Below are positions 25,507 to 38,490 of a DNA stretch of 64,000 nucleotides, in pieces. The position numbers were made by a program, and so were the translations under genes. The notes under the pieces are model-generated. The model did no database searches, was not told the DNA's origin, and saw nothing but the letters and a program-made list of their open reading frames with translations. The first letter of the stretch is position 1. The number at the start of each line of letters is the position of its first letter. Origin of the DNA: Stylophora pistillata (Eukaryota); NCBI RefSeq assembly GCF_002571385.2, contig NW_019218260.1, positions 39,463 to 103,462 of the forward strand, in the 5' to 3' direction.

Positions 25507-28182
25507 ACAAGATAAACCAACGGCAAGATACTTGCCACAGAAGTATTACTAGTATAACACAAATTTATCAATCAATAAAGGTCCTCAAGTTGTATGCCAA
25601 GGTCCTTTAACAACGTCAATTTGAAAAAGAGAAAATCTTTAACTGCCTGTAATTCCTTTGCAATGTAATCTGATCACGTGATTTTCTAGCAGCAGCTAGC
25701 CCATAGCAATATCACCTTAACGTCCAAATATTAAGTAAAGAAGTTGAATTTGGCAGGAGTTATTAGCATAAATGTACTAGCTTTTGGTTTAATGAGTACT
25801 TACAGTTATCCTAGTGCCACGTAAAATTAATGTCTTGACGAAGTAGCCCTTGGCTCAATCTATTACCTGCAGCAATAACGAGTCCTAAGATTACATACTT
25901 TAGGGGTTATAGGCAGTTAAAGTTAAGCCTCGATTTCACGTTAAAACCGAGTAGAGCATAGTACCAAGCAACTTGTGTCCACCAATTTGTACGAAACTTT
26001 AACCGCTAATAACTCTGCGGGAATTTTATTATTTTGAACCAAAATTGGAAGGCAAGTAGACTATGTGAAGGCCTATCTAGCGCAATAGACTGATGCACAA
26101 ATGGAGTCAGCGTAACAAAGTTATTAGCGATCAAAGTTTCGCATAAATGACGTCATAACTCATAAACAGAGCAACCAATTTGTACTAAACAAACAGCAAA
26201 CGGTTCCTCATAGCATGGACAAACATAAAATAATATGTAAAAAGGTTCCTTAGCTTATTATTATGAGGTAATTCGATAGCATAATGGTCAAAGGAGCACC
26301 CTTAAACTTTGACCAAAGCCTGCGCAGAAGGAACCATTTTCCATGTGAAGAACATGTTTAAAAAGGTGCCTTAGCACCTTATAAACTTCTTCCGATAGTT
26401 GGATTGCCTCTACCCAGTGTTTTAAGGGTGCCAAACAGCAAAAATAATAGAGCAAAAAAAGTGTGTACTTACAGTCTCGAGGCTTGTCTGAAAGAGGGCG
26501 TTGTGTATGTGCACATTGTGTATTGTAGGCACATATGAGAGTTTGAGATAGTGCAGAAGATGAACAGATGAACCGAATATATTTAAACTTGGATAGATGA
26601 TAGTCATGTTATAGTTCTTTGACACCATATGCTTGACGAGACTTGGGCTAAATTATTGACAGGTGTCAATCATTGTTAACTTTGGTTAATTAATTCAAAA
26701 TCTTATAAATTGAAATCATCTCCAAATTTTTATAGAAACAAAGCACAATTCCTTAAGTGTTTCATGCTGAAAATTTCAAGAGAATTGGAAGAATTGATAT
26801 TTTTTTAATAAATTTCTAAAGTTAACTGACCTACGTAAAAGTGTGCAAAATCTTGCAAAAACAGGTACCTTTCTTTGCATGACTATAACTCTGCAACCCC
26901 AGAGGTTCAAGACATGAAACTTAATAGGCAGTCACACCAAGGTATGTACTACTACTCATGCAAGTATGGTTTAATTTGCTTAAGAAATGAGAGAGCTACG
27001 ATGTTGCAAAGTTGGGCATTTTTCCAAAAATTGATGAAAAACGATAGGGTACCTCTGATTCAGAGGCTCTATCTCCTTAACTTTTAAGGTTTGAGCCACA
27101 TTGTTCCACAGCAGAAGAGAACTAGACTTTATCTACAAAATCATGTAAAATACAAAGTTTATAAAGTTAATAGTATGTACAAGTGGAAGGTCTAAACATG
27201 GCATAAAAATGGTTAATTTCATTTTTCGGTGCGATGTAGTGACTTTGAGTGGCTAGAGCTTTGCACCATTTGAGTCAAAGGACTTGAAACGGTTCAGAAA
27301 TCTAGAGCAATGCTTTATCTTGCAAATGATGTGTAAACTGATCTGTACCTCCTAATTCATACTAAGATTCAACGGTTTTAGTAAGAGGACCATTTTAACC
27401 AAAAATTGTTCATTTGCCCTCCTTTTTGAAACTTTGCGGAGCCATAGCACGAAAACTATGAGGATTCAAGAGTCAAAAATTGCACCATATTATTTGGCTT
27501 GGCAAGACCTTTCCATCGATATATAATATGTTACTAATCATTTAAAAGCCTTGTCGCTAATACCAAAAACACCCCGCCGTTCAGTTGCCCTCCCTATGCC
27601 AAAAATGGGGGGACCAACACTAAAATAGTTATAAATCAAAAATTACCCGACCAAATCACTTGAAATTGCATATGCGTAATTGTTAGGACCATATAAGGAT
27701 CTGGTGTGAGTTTCAGCTCTTGAACCTTCATATTAAGGGTGTTCTGACATGTTAAAGTCAGTTTCAAAATGGAGGCTTATTTCATTGACGATGTAACTCA
27801 ACCTTGAGATTGTTTGTGTACCCTAACACGGAATTTTTTTTTAATCGATTTTAACGATTTGTAAAATGTAAGGTTCAGTGAGAGTTCAAGAGAACCATGA
27901 GGTTCAACGCCAAAAGACATGCGCAGCCCAAATTTGGAGCAATTTTATGGTTTTTTTCATGCATTCCCCCGACTTGTTCAGTTGCCCTCCCAAAATTGAC
28001 TTTGAACCGTAATAACTTTTTTAAATATAACCAAATGATGCCAAACTTCACCCAGCTTTACATTTCGACTAGTACTATTACCATACAGAAGTAGAATATC
28101 AGATTTCAAATTTCAAATTTTTTGAGAATTTTGTAAGGTCAAAGGTTCGAAGGGAGCGGAACTGAACGTCAGATGTACCTAA

Positions 28183-28199
28183 TTAGGGTTAGGGTTAGG
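28183..28199 (+). repeat. TTAGGG tract at the YR-1/YR-2 junction
   Basis: AATTAGGGTTAGGGTTAGG read directly. Confidence 0.95.
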
Positions 28200-28205
28200 A
28201 ACATT

Positions 28206-28475
28206 GTTGACCTCCCTTCCTTTGTAGTCGACCTTCCTTCCCCTGTGGTCGACCTCCCTTCCCCTGTGGTCGACCTCCCTTCCCCTGTGGTCGACCTCCC
28301 TTCCCCTGTGGTCGACCTCCCTTCCCCTGTGGTTGACCTCCCTTCCCCTGTGGTCGACCTCCCTGGTCGACCTCCCTTCCTTTGTGGTCAACCTCCCTTC
28401 CTTTTGGTCGACCTCCCTTCCTTTTTGGTCAACCTCCCTTCCTTTGTGGTCAACGTCCCTTCCTTTGTGGTCAAC
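28206..28475 (+). repeat. YR-2 left-end minisatellite, 21-bp unit TGTGGTCGACCTCCCTTCCCC
   Basis: About 13 copies immediately after the TTAGGG tract. Confidence 0.92.
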
Positions 28476-28521
28476 ATGGGTTTTTCGTATTTGTCATGAA
28501 TTTGGTGTTTGAAATATTGAC

Positions 28522-28705
28522 AAGTCATTTGGATATATCAACAAAGTTGAAATGGTAAAGTGGCCACCGTAATGATTACAAAAGATGACCTTTTGAGCTT
28601 TTCTAATCATTACAGTGGCCACTTTACCACTTCAACTTTGTTGATATATCCAAATGATTTCGTTACTCCCACCGACGCAGCCCCAAACAGTTCCTTTCGA
28701 AACTA
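28522..28705. repeat. Palindromic insertion, Penelope-like terminal-repeat remnant
   Basis: TCATTTGGATATATCAACAAAGTTGAA...GGTAAAGTGGCCAC is inverted at about 28605-28658. The palindrome is certain; the family call is from resemblance only. Confidence 0.5.
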
Positions 28706-28719
28706 TCAGCCTTTATTCA

Positions 28720-30480
28720 TATTGACAAGTCAAACGTGTAAGATGGGCTAAGGGGTCTAAGTGAGAATAACTGGTCTTAAGGCTTCAGAACCACTTTTAA
28801 TGCACTACAGACTCGTCTCGGATGTGAATGAACCTATAGCGGGAGTTTTGAGGGAAATTCAAAATTTTGACCAAAATGGCCATGCTACCCCTTGGCCAAA
28901 AAATGCAAGATGGCAGACACCAAATGGGGTGCTCTCATGGGAACTGCTTTAACTACTGAATCTCTCGCACTCTTGACTTGCAATTTCTATGATGTATAGA
29001 CATGGCATGGAACTAGATAGCTGTGAAGTTTGAAGTAGTGAGATGCTGAATCAAGAGAGATATGGTGGTTGAAAGATTGACAAGTAAAACATGTAAGATG
29101 GGCTAAGGGGTCTAAGTGTGAGTAACTGGTCTTAAGGCTTCAGAACCACATTTAATGCACTACAGACTCTTTTCGGAGGTGAATGAACCTATGGCGGGAG
29201 TTTCAGGGAAATTTAAAAATTTGACTAAAATGGCCTTGGCCAAAAAATCCAAGATGGCGGACACCAAATGGGGTGCTCTCATGGGAACTGCTATAACTAA
29301 CGAATATCTCCCCGTCTTAACTTCCAATTTCTGTGACATATAGAGATGGCATGGAACTAGATAGCTGTGAAGTTTAAAGTAGTTAGATGCCGAATCAAGA
29401 GAGAGATGGTGGTTGAAAGATTGACAAGTAAAACGTGTAAGATGGGCTAAGGGGTCTAATTGAGAATAACTGTTCTTAAGGCTTCAGAACCACTTTTAAT
29501 GCACTACAGACTCATTTTGGAGGTGAATGAACCTATAGCGGGAGTTTCAGGGAAATTTAAAAATTTGACTAAAATGGCCTTGGCCAAAAATTCCAAGATG
29601 GCAGACACCAAATGGGGTGCTCTCATGGGAACTGCTATAACTACCGAATATCTCCCGGTCTTAACTTCCAATTTCTGTGTCATATAGACATGGCATGGAA
29701 CTAGATAGCTGTGAGGTTTGAAGTAGTCAGATGCCGAATCAAGAGAGTTATGGTGGCTGAAAGATTGACAAGTAAAACATGTAAGATGGGCTAAGGGGTC
29801 TAAGTGAGAATAACTGGTCTTAAGGCTTCAGAACCACTTTTAATGCACTACAGACTCGTTTCGGAGATGATTGAACCTATAGTGGGAGTCTCAGGGAAAT
29901 TTAAAAATTTGATCAAAATGTCCATGGTACCTACCCCTTGGCCAGAAAATCCAAGATGGCGGACACCAAATGGGCTGATCTCATGAGAACTGCTATAACT
30001 ACCAAATCTCTCGCGCTCTTGACTTGCAATTTCTATTACATATAGACATGGCATGGAACTAGATACCTGTAAAGTTTTAAGTAGTTAAATGCCGAATCAA
30101 GAGAGATATGGTGGTTGAAAGATTGACAAGTAAAACGTGTAAGATGGGCTAAGGGGTCTAAGTGAGAATAACTGCTCTTAAGGCTTCAGAACCACTTCTA
30201 AGGCACTAGAGACTCGATTTGGAGATCAGTGAACCTATAGCAGAAGTTTGAGGGTAATTTAAAATTTTCACCAAAATGACCATGCAACCCCTTGGCCAAA
30301 TAATCCAAGATGGCAGACACTAAGTAAGGTGCACTCCTTGAAATGACCTCAACTTTTTAACCGTGGATGATTAAGCTCTGAAAGTTGGCACACTATGAGA
30401 CAATGCGTTAGGTAGTAGATTTTCCAAATATCAGTTTATTTCTTCGAGATCCAACAGAGTTACGATGGTCCAAAGTTATA
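28720..30480 (+). repeat. Internal satellite of YR-2, ~345-358-bp unit, about 5 copies
   Basis: TTGACAAGT...AAGATGGGCTAAGGGG recurs at about 28722, 29077, 29421, 29765 and 30123. Homologous arrays at 20500-21420, 45340-46917 (inverted) and 58495-62580. Confidence 0.92.
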
Positions 30481-30574
30481 CAGGCAAAACCCAACCTTTA
30501 CTAGGACTTTGGCTCTATCTAATACTTCAAATATGATTTCAGCTCTGTCTGCGACTGTGACAGTGACTGACTCA

Positions 30575-30730
30575 TTATAGTCATAGGCATAGTATTAGTC
30601 ATAGTCACTGCCAAGTGGTAGACTTAGTCATGATTATAGACAAAATCATAGTCATAGTCATAGTCATAGTCATAGTCATAGTCATAGTCATAGTCATAGT
30701 CATAGTCATAGTCATAGACATTGTCATAGA
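30575..30730 (+). repeat. (GTCATA)n microsatellite
   Basis: Read directly. Confidence 0.95.
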
Positions 30731-30783
30731 CCAGAGTCAGTGTAGCACAAGTGTTGTTTACGGGCTGGGGATGCTAGCCCCAG

Positions 30784-30842
30784 GACCAACCCTCCTCCTT
30801 TCTCATCCGGGCTTGGGACGGGCAATGGCGGAGTTAACAAAC
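30784..30842 (-). ncRNA. Twister ribozyme (type P1), YR-2
   Basis: UUAACUCCGCCAUUGCCCGUCCCAAGCCCGGAUGAGAAAGGAGGAGGG; one C-C mismatch in P4; predicted cut between 30836 and 30835. Confidence 0.88.
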
Positions 30843-30913
30843 AGTACATATACATTACATGACATTACACGACATATAAAACAATAAAAGACATGTCATG
30901 TGACATGAACTAC

Positions 30914-31012
30914 CTGTTGCCCTGAGACTGAGGGATTCGTGGGCACTCCCCAGGGGTTGGTTACCCCAGCTCGTGTTTGATCCCTGACAAATCCCTCAGA
31001 ATCAGACAACAG
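30914..31012 (-). ncRNA. Conserved structured RNA of unknown class, YR-2
   Basis: Stem CTGAGGGATT/AATCCCTCAG replaces the YR-1 pairs; core conserved. Confidence 0.75.
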
Positions 31013-31184
31013 AATAGAACAGTGACCACACAAACTTTTTTTTTGGATGTTTGTTTTGGTTTTTTGTATTGTTTTGGTTTTTTTAGGTTTTTTGTTTTGT
31101 TTTTTAATGTTTTTTAATGTTTTTTAATGTTTTTTAATGATGTTTTGGAATTTTTTTTAAAGGCAGAACGGAGGCTACCCACAA

Positions 31185-34100
31185 CTAACGTTTTCGAAAA
31201 ACGTTCTTAACTTTGTTGCGGACTCGGTCAAAGCTGTTCTCCTTCATTATCCTACGGAGGATGGTGGACTTGCTGAAGATTTCCCTTATCTCCGCGATAC
31301 GAGATGGTCTATTGTAGCTGCAAAGTGCCGCCTCGATGGCAGCAGTCTCTTCCTCAGTCCAGTGCAACCTTCCAGACTCGCACGAAGCTGCAGATGGTAA
31401 GGAGAGTTGATGGGTGGAAACATACGTGTCTGTTCTTGAGGAGGTAGGCTCCGTAGGGAGGTCGAATGGGTCCACAGTTTCTTTTGTTTTGATAAGATAT
31501 CGAACGTGGTCTATCACACTTTTCACTTTGCCCTCAGACTCTACCGGTTTCGATAGCATCTTACTGCCTCTCATCACCTGTATGGCTTGTTTCTTCCGAG
31601 GAGAAAATCCCTCCTTGATGTCAGTTTTAAAGGCAGAGGCGACTGATTGAAGCTCTGAGGAGGTCAGAGTATTGGTGGCCATCTCTGTTGGGGACTCCTC
31701 ATCAAGTTTGCTCTGCCTGCTGTTAGGGCTTGAGGGCACAGGGTGGATGACCAGCTGCTCTGCCATCTCCTCGTCCCCCTCTTCCTCCTCGTCTGCCTTC
31801 TCCTCTCGCTTTTCCTCTCCTTCTTTTCCTTTCCTTTCTTCTTTTCCTTCTCCTGTCTCCCCAGTTTATCAGGAGTTGGTCTGGTGTTGGATTCGATCTG
31901 CTGGGAGGCCTTAGCTGCTAGCTCCGTAAGGTCTTTCTCAGGTACCACTGCGTAGCTGTTTTATCACTGTGGTACATTAACCTCCTCAGCAGATCCTCGT
32001 CCACCTGTTGTCCCATCCTCTTCTTCTCCTTCATTTAAGTCACGATCCACTTCCTAAAGTCAGTAGCGCCAATAAGTTGGTCTGCTCAGACGCCGCTCTT
32101 GACAACAAAAGCGGAGATCCGGCAACCAATCTTACTGTTGTTATAGGGGGCGCCACTAGACTTTAGGAAGAGGCGTCCTTTGTCACTGACATCAGTTGTT
32201 ACCAATGGCCGCAATTTTTTGATAAAGATGTCCAATAGACACACCAAGTCTGTGTCCATGGGGATGGGGGCAGGCCCATCGACTTCCCTCTTGTGTGAGG
32301 TTACCAGCATGACCTTCAAAAAGGACAGAAGATATAACTCAATGAATTATAATCTTGAAATTTCATAACATTGGTTACGAATAACTTTATTGCTATTTAT
32401 TATCATTGGTATTACCTTTCTTTGGTGGGCGTTATCCCATTTGGCCGATCTGTACATCCCCAAAGAGGCTGCCTCTAGAGCGCCAGGTCACGTCCCAACA
32501 GCCCAGGTCAGCGATACGACGAGCAAGTCTCTAGCTGCGGCGTATTGTTGTAGGGTAAGAGTTTCCGGAGATTTCGCCACTTCTGCCTGGCCCAGCGCCA
32601 ACCTTCTGTCAATGGCAGGTCTGGATGACATGATTGCTTCGACCTCCTGGTTTGTTAGAATTTGATCTGATTCCTCCAATATCTTCTCATAGCGATCTGA
32701 AGAGGTCTCCTTCGTTATAAATCTCCTCCAAACCTTAAGGCCAGAGGCCAGATCTGAAAGGGTTTCCCTGTCTTCAGGTCTTATCGCTGGCAGGTGTGGC
32801 CATTCTCCTCTCTTTGTTAAAAACTCCATAAACTTCTGGAGGGATGTCAGGTAACTTTTGAGGGTTTCAGCAGCCTTGATTCTAAGGTTGGGAACTAGCC
32901 AGATACGGCTGCCTTCCTCCTTGCAAAGCACCTGAACATCACCTCCAGAGGGGTCAACCTGGTTCAGGATGGCTTTAACCTGGAATGGAAAGAGATACAT
33001 TTTTAATGTGTGAGGCGATAAAGCTGACAAGGTAATTGGGGACAGAAAAAAGAAAAAAATTGTCCTGTGTAGGATACTAACCTGACAGGCGTGCTGCAGC
33101 TTGTTCCTCGCCTGATGAAACCCCGCTGCCGGAGTTTCCAAATACTTAAAAAAGGCTACTAGCCACGCATGGCGCTCGGTGCTGGGGTTAGCCTCCATGA
33201 AATATGCCTCTTCGTTAGGATATTCGAATCCTGATCTTGACTCAGTCTCTGAAGAGGCCCAGTCTAGGTCTTGGCCAGCAGCCTGTGATAATGATTTTGC
33301 AGGGACAGGGGTAGGAGGCACTACACTACACTCCTGGTCTGTGGATGGTTGAGAGATGTCCACATCGCTGGCCTGAAGTTACATGATAGATAGTTAAATG
33401 ACAAATATTACATCGCACCCAAAGGGTTGAATTGCACAATACTTTACAATGGTATAAAATGTGATTATGAATACCTTCTTAGGCAAGGACGAGCCCTGTC
33501 ATTGTGATGGTGAGGTGCCTTTCTTGGCTTCCATCTGGCACCTCTTGGATGGGGGTGGCAGCCCAGAAGACCCATCTGCCGAATCCACTGCCCTTTTCTT
33601 TGTTGGAGTTACTTGGACAACGGGCGGAGCTGGTGTTACCAACATATCGATCTCATCTTCTTCAGCCATGTATTTTCGAGCGAGCGTAAGGGAAATTTTC
33701 ATGTTCACTGATCCAGGTTTTATTTTATGCACCTTCGCTAGGTGCTCTGGCATGTACGCCCCGAGGAAATCACATCCCGGCTGGGGGCACCACCTCTTTG
33801 ATCTTCCCTTCACCACCTTCCCCTTTCTTCCCTTCCTAGTAGGCCCCCTAGTACGCCTCCCCTTAAACCCCATGTGAAAATAACGCTCCACGTCCTCAAA
33901 AATTTCCGCTTTCTTGAGGTGGCAGTTCTGCAGATGCCTCTTTAAATTTGGGCCGCGGTAGCCCTTACAGCCCGGAACCTTGCAGCTGCGGTTGATGTTA
34001 TGACTCACTGGATGTTTCCTTTCTTTCTACTACCTTGGCGCCCTCCACCTTACCCTCATCCTCCTCCTCCTCTTCACTCTCAGTACTCTTACTACTAGCG

Positions 34101-34561
34101 TCGTCACTAACGGCCTCAGCCAACTCTTTCTCCTCCGCCTGCTCGTCAGCCCCCTTGCTTGAGGTTGGCTCCTCTACCCTTCGCACCTCTTTAAGCATGT
34201 TGGCAGTTCTAATGACGTCGTCTACCATATGAAGGCACCCCCAAGCCACGTCCTGACCGTGTAACTTCTTTGTGCCACTGAATGTTTTCTGTGAGTGAAG
34301 GTTATAGACGTACAACACATAGGTCAACATCTTCCGAGACGATTCACTTATGTGCTGGAGCTGACAATGCTCTGCAGATGACACAAAGTACACTAACTCA
34401 CACACCTCATCCCATAGACATTGCAGGCTGCGAGATGAGTCGAAGGGCGCCGGAAATGCTAAATCGTACCCCTCCTCCACGTGCAGTGCCTCAAGGGTAT
34501 CCTTATCGGCAATCGTGGCTCTCTCGAGAGGACCAATTACCGTTTTGAGTTCATCTTCCAA
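31185..34561 (-). pseudogene. YR-2 tyrosine recombinase gene with three GT-AG introns, inactivated
   Basis: Introns at about 33373-33474, 32980-33081 and 32314-32415; removing the last two restores HACQ|VKAIL and QRK|VMLVTSHK. The catalytic Arg codon is TGA (GT*PGAL); several other lesions. Confidence 0.85.
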
Positions 34562-34644
34562 TTTGGTTTTTCAAGCCATTTCGGTTTCTCAACAACCCCG
34601 CAGATGACTGGAGCAACTATAAATAACCTAACGGAAAAGTATTA

Positions 34645-34935
34645 GCCAAGGTCGTCAAGTTCTAATAACAGAGGTCCTTCAACAACATCACAGCATGAAA
34701 AGCATAAAGTAACATCAAAACATCAAGAAAAGGTCCTCAAGTTCTAATAACAGAGGTCCTTCAACAACATCAGCATGAATAAGCATCAAATAACATCAAA
34801 ACATCAAGAAAAGGTCCTCAATTTCTAATAAAAGAGGTCCTTGAACATCACCATAGCATGAAGAAGCATCAAATAACGTCAAAACATCAAGCAAAGGTCC
34901 TCAAGTTCTACTAACAGAGGTCCTTCAACAACAAC
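34645..34935. promoter_or_regulatory. Repeated upstream motif AAGGTCCTCAAGTTCTA...GAGGTCCTTCAACAAC
   Basis: Four copies just 5' of the YR-2 ATG; similar copies upstream of YR-1 (about 25578) and YR-5 (55385-55590, about 56165). Regulatory role inferred from position only. Confidence 0.5.
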
Positions 34936-35222
34936 ATTTAGGGTACAGCGGGCACTTTAACTGCACATATCTCCTCTGGAATGTAACCTTTTGATGTGGC
35001 TTTTCACTAGGAGTTAGCCAATACAATGTCACACTTAACATTGAAATATAGATCGAAAGGGTTAAATTTTCACAGAGATAGGGTAGCACAAAGTTGCGTC
35101 ACTTTCGGTAGCTTATGTACTTACAGCTCCTATAGTGCCTTAAAATGAACACCTTCATTGCCGACTTTCATATCGTGGGAGACTGGAGTGAGTTTTGCCA
35201 ACGCCGAACAAAATTTTTTAAC

Positions 35223-36820
35223 ATGGCCGCCATGGCAGGAGAATCTACAACAGCCTCCAGTGGATCTTCTACCTCTACAGGGAAACAAGATAAGGGAAAG
35301 GGATGGCACTGGAATTGTGCAGCGACTTTGTGTACAAACAACTGGAGAAACAAGGATTTAACGTACTATACGCTCTCAAGAATTGGTTCATCGACTGACT
35401 CAGCTCTGAGGGCTTCTTACATGAAAGTACTTAAGAACGATGACATTAATTGGAAGAAAGCAGTTATTTGCTGCCAGCACTGGTCGAAAGGAAAAAGAGA
35501 AAACCTGTACGCTCTACTGGATCGTGTTTGTAATGAACAGTATGTTCAAAATCTTAAGAAATCTGCATCAAAATGTGCAAAGTTAAAATCAAAGAAGCTT
35601 GTTGCAGCTAAGCGATTGTTAGAGTTTTCATCTCGTGAAGTAAAATCAAAGAGGCGAATAATCGTCAAGAAAGAAAGAGAGAAGGATAAGGAGATAACTC
35701 CTGTACTAAATAAGGCTTCTAGGAAAGATGAAAGTCAATACAGACTAGAAAATGAAATACTTAGAAATCAGTGTGAGGAACTGGCAAGTAAATTGAAAGA
35801 GAAAGACAAAGAGATGGAAAGGCTGAAATGTCAGGTAGAACACTTGCTCGAAAAAAACAGGAAAATAAAATGAATGAACTGACGAAAGAACAATTCACCT
35901 ACATGATGTTGAAGGACAAACAGGATAAGTTCATTTATTTAACCAGACTTAACAGAAATGAATTTGATTGTTTGTATGAGTGTGTTGAACCATTTTTGCA
36001 TCTGATCAGATACCCTGATTGCAAAGGTAGAGGTCTTGAGACAAAGAGCAGGAAGTTAGACACAAAAACTGAACTCATGGCTTTTTTTACAGTTTGTAGA
36101 CACTCACTACACCTCGGTATTATGGCTAGGATGGTGCAAACAAGTGTGCCAACAATTTCTAGAGCCTTTATTGGATGGGCTATATTCTTATCAATAGTAT
36201 TTGAATGTCTTGACCTCAAACCATTGCCTGGGTTTGTCATACCTTCCACAGGAATTTTATGATGCTGGTTATGTGGAAACAGAGGCTCTAGGAGATGCGA
36301 CAGAAACTTGGATAACTCAGTAAGAGAATTATGATATAAATAATATCACCTTCAGCTCATATAAAAACCAACACGACTGGGAAGACATCTGTTTGGATTT
36401 ATCCCCATAGCGGTCTTCTCCATTGCAGTGACACTTACCCTGGAACAATATCTGATAAAGACATCACTGAACAATGTGAAGTGCTGGACAAAGTGAACAA
36501 AGGAAAAATCATTCTAACTGACAAAGGATTTGACATTGCAGACCTGTGCCACCATAAGGGACTACTACATAATCGCCCTCTGTTAAAGTTTGATTCCCAG
36601 TATGAACAAACTGACATCAGCAAAAATTTTGACATTGCAACACTGAGGATATACAGCGAAAATTTCATTGGGCGAATGAGACTGGACCATCTTGAATACC
36701 TGTTGGCCCACGAATCGAATTGATATACTAGGTTACTGCTTTAAAATCTTTGCGCATGTTGTAAACACCTTGAAAAGTCCTGTTGGCCCAAAAGGGATTG
36801 TTCAGAAATCTGTATGTAAT
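35223..36820 (+). pseudogene. THAP-domain, coiled-coil and Harbinger-type DDE transposase
   Basis: CAATLCTN...VICCQHW (THAP); GDATE, FSSYK, YPGTISD, ILTDKGF, IATLRIYSENFIGRMR; frameshifted. Confidence 0.82.
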
Positions 36821-37019
36821 TAATACAAAGAACTGAGATGATCTGACTTGAATGAATCATACATGTATTTAGCAGCTAAATGTAAAGTAGTGTATCATTT
36901 TTAAGTCCATTAAGCATGGCATTTGTTTACAACACTGGCAATATTGATATTGCTACTGTTCTGGTTGACAATTTGATTCTAAACATGGCCATGCTTTTGT
37001 AAAATGCAGTCTAGATGTT

Positions 37020-38490
37020 TAAATGATCAGTTCAATCCCTGGCATTGTTATGTGTTACTCTTTGTGAAAAATAACTTGTTTGACAGTTTTTGACATTGCA
37101 TTAATCCATGATCAGAGTGGCCTCAAACTTTCAAATGTTGGCACTTTTCCAAGTACCTGCTTACCAAGTTTTTCAGCAGATTCTGTTCCTCATGTGGCCA
37201 GTATGTAACAATTTTCTTCTCCAAAATGTGGTCAAGCATGGCCTTACAAACATCAATCACAAGGTTGTCACGTTTGAAAAAAAACACGTTAGCTATGATT
37301 TGCTCAGGAAGATAAGATTCTTGAAAGGTAATGTTTCCACCAGTACAAGCCACCTGGAAGTTAGACGGAAGGATATGGGGACCAGTAACATTGTCTAAGG
37401 GCACAAGACTGTTGAGAGCTCTGTTTTTCACTTCAAGCAAAAAAGTTTGTCCAATGCCATCTGGACTTGCTCCATACCTTCAATCAGGAGGATGAAAGAA
37501 AAAGCAACTTGTTGTCACTGGAGCACCTGTAATGTAACCATTCCTTATTACTCTGGATTCATGTAAATTACTGATATTCTTTCATACTGTCATTTGTCTT
37601 GTATTCAGTTTCTCCTATGGATTAAATGGCTGACAAAAGTGCTAACAAAGTATCTTGGCCTGGTGGGTCTCATTTGTTTTGAGGGGGGGGCAGGGGGGAT
37701 GGCAGGCCTCCCTGGACACCCCTTGATCTGCTACTTTCTGTAATTTATTGCATTCACTGCATTCACTTAAAAAAGTTTATGAACCTGAAATTTCTTCAAA
37801 CAACTTCACTGTTTGTTCTTCATATAGTATCCCTCTAGTAAAGTTCTTGAATTTCTTTGGTGAAACTTTGTTTTCATCAATTTTATTATGAACACAGAAC
37901 CATGCATGCTCAAACTCCTTTTGACCATGAAAACCCAACAGATAGGGAGTCTTGCTAGCAGTTATAATTCCTACTCTCAAAGCATGCCATTGTGTTGATC
38001 CTTGTTTGACTGAGACATAGTTGAATCCACTGGGTTCTAACTTGTTTTACCTTGGCAGTGATACTGTTATTTTTTATTCCTTTGTGTCTTGTAGTAAATC
38101 TAACAAATGCTTAACTTCTTTCTGTTGGTGTTCGTGTTCGTGTATTAACATTTGAGTCCGATCTTTTTGGTCAACTGTGTCCTTCACAAGTCTGACATCA
38201 TCTAGATCTGTGACCTCAGAACTGCTCACATAATTCAGGTTTGAGTGCCATAGCTCATGGCTTTCCAAATTTTGAAACCTTGTTCTTAAAACTTTGTCAT
38301 CATAAAGTTCTTCAACATCATTACAATAATCAAGGTCACTGAACACAGTTCTCACATAATAAGAATTGTTATAATGAAGTTGCATTGCAAGTCCAGAGTT
38401 GATTCCATACTTTCTTAAAGTTTTATAGAAATGCTGCTGTACTCCGTGGCTATTACGATCCTTTATTATCTGACCTGAGCTATCTTCTAC
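37020..38490 (-). pseudogene. YqaJ/lambda-exonuclease-like gene
   Basis: QGSTQWHALRVGIITAS, RGILYEE, YGASPDG and LEVK motifs; probable intron about 37527-37785. Confidence 0.75.

Larger units (their letters stand above)
20140..28182 (-). mobile_element. YR-1: apparently full-length (~8 kb) tyrosine-recombinase element bounded by TTAGGG tracts
   Basis: Left end TAGATACATC-GTTCATTTGCCCTCC. Right end GGGAGCGGAACTGAAC-GTCA-GATGTACCTA, an imperfect inverted repeat of the left. Between them: satellite, twister, hairpin, A-tract, YR gene and upstream arm. Confidence 0.8.
28199..35138 (-). mobile_element. YR-2: tyrosine-recombinase element, right arm interrupted by the ISL2EU-like transposon
   Basis: Same module order as YR-1; right-arm similarity to YR-1 and YR-5 stops after GTACTTACAG...TAGTG at about 35138. 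Confidence 0.8.
35139..38490 (+). mobile_element. ISL2EU/Harbinger-like DNA transposon, decayed and truncated on the right
   Basis: THAP domain and DDE_Tnp_4-type transposase on plus with a convergent YqaJ-like exonuclease on minus, the ISL2EU gene arrangement. Confidence 0.75.
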
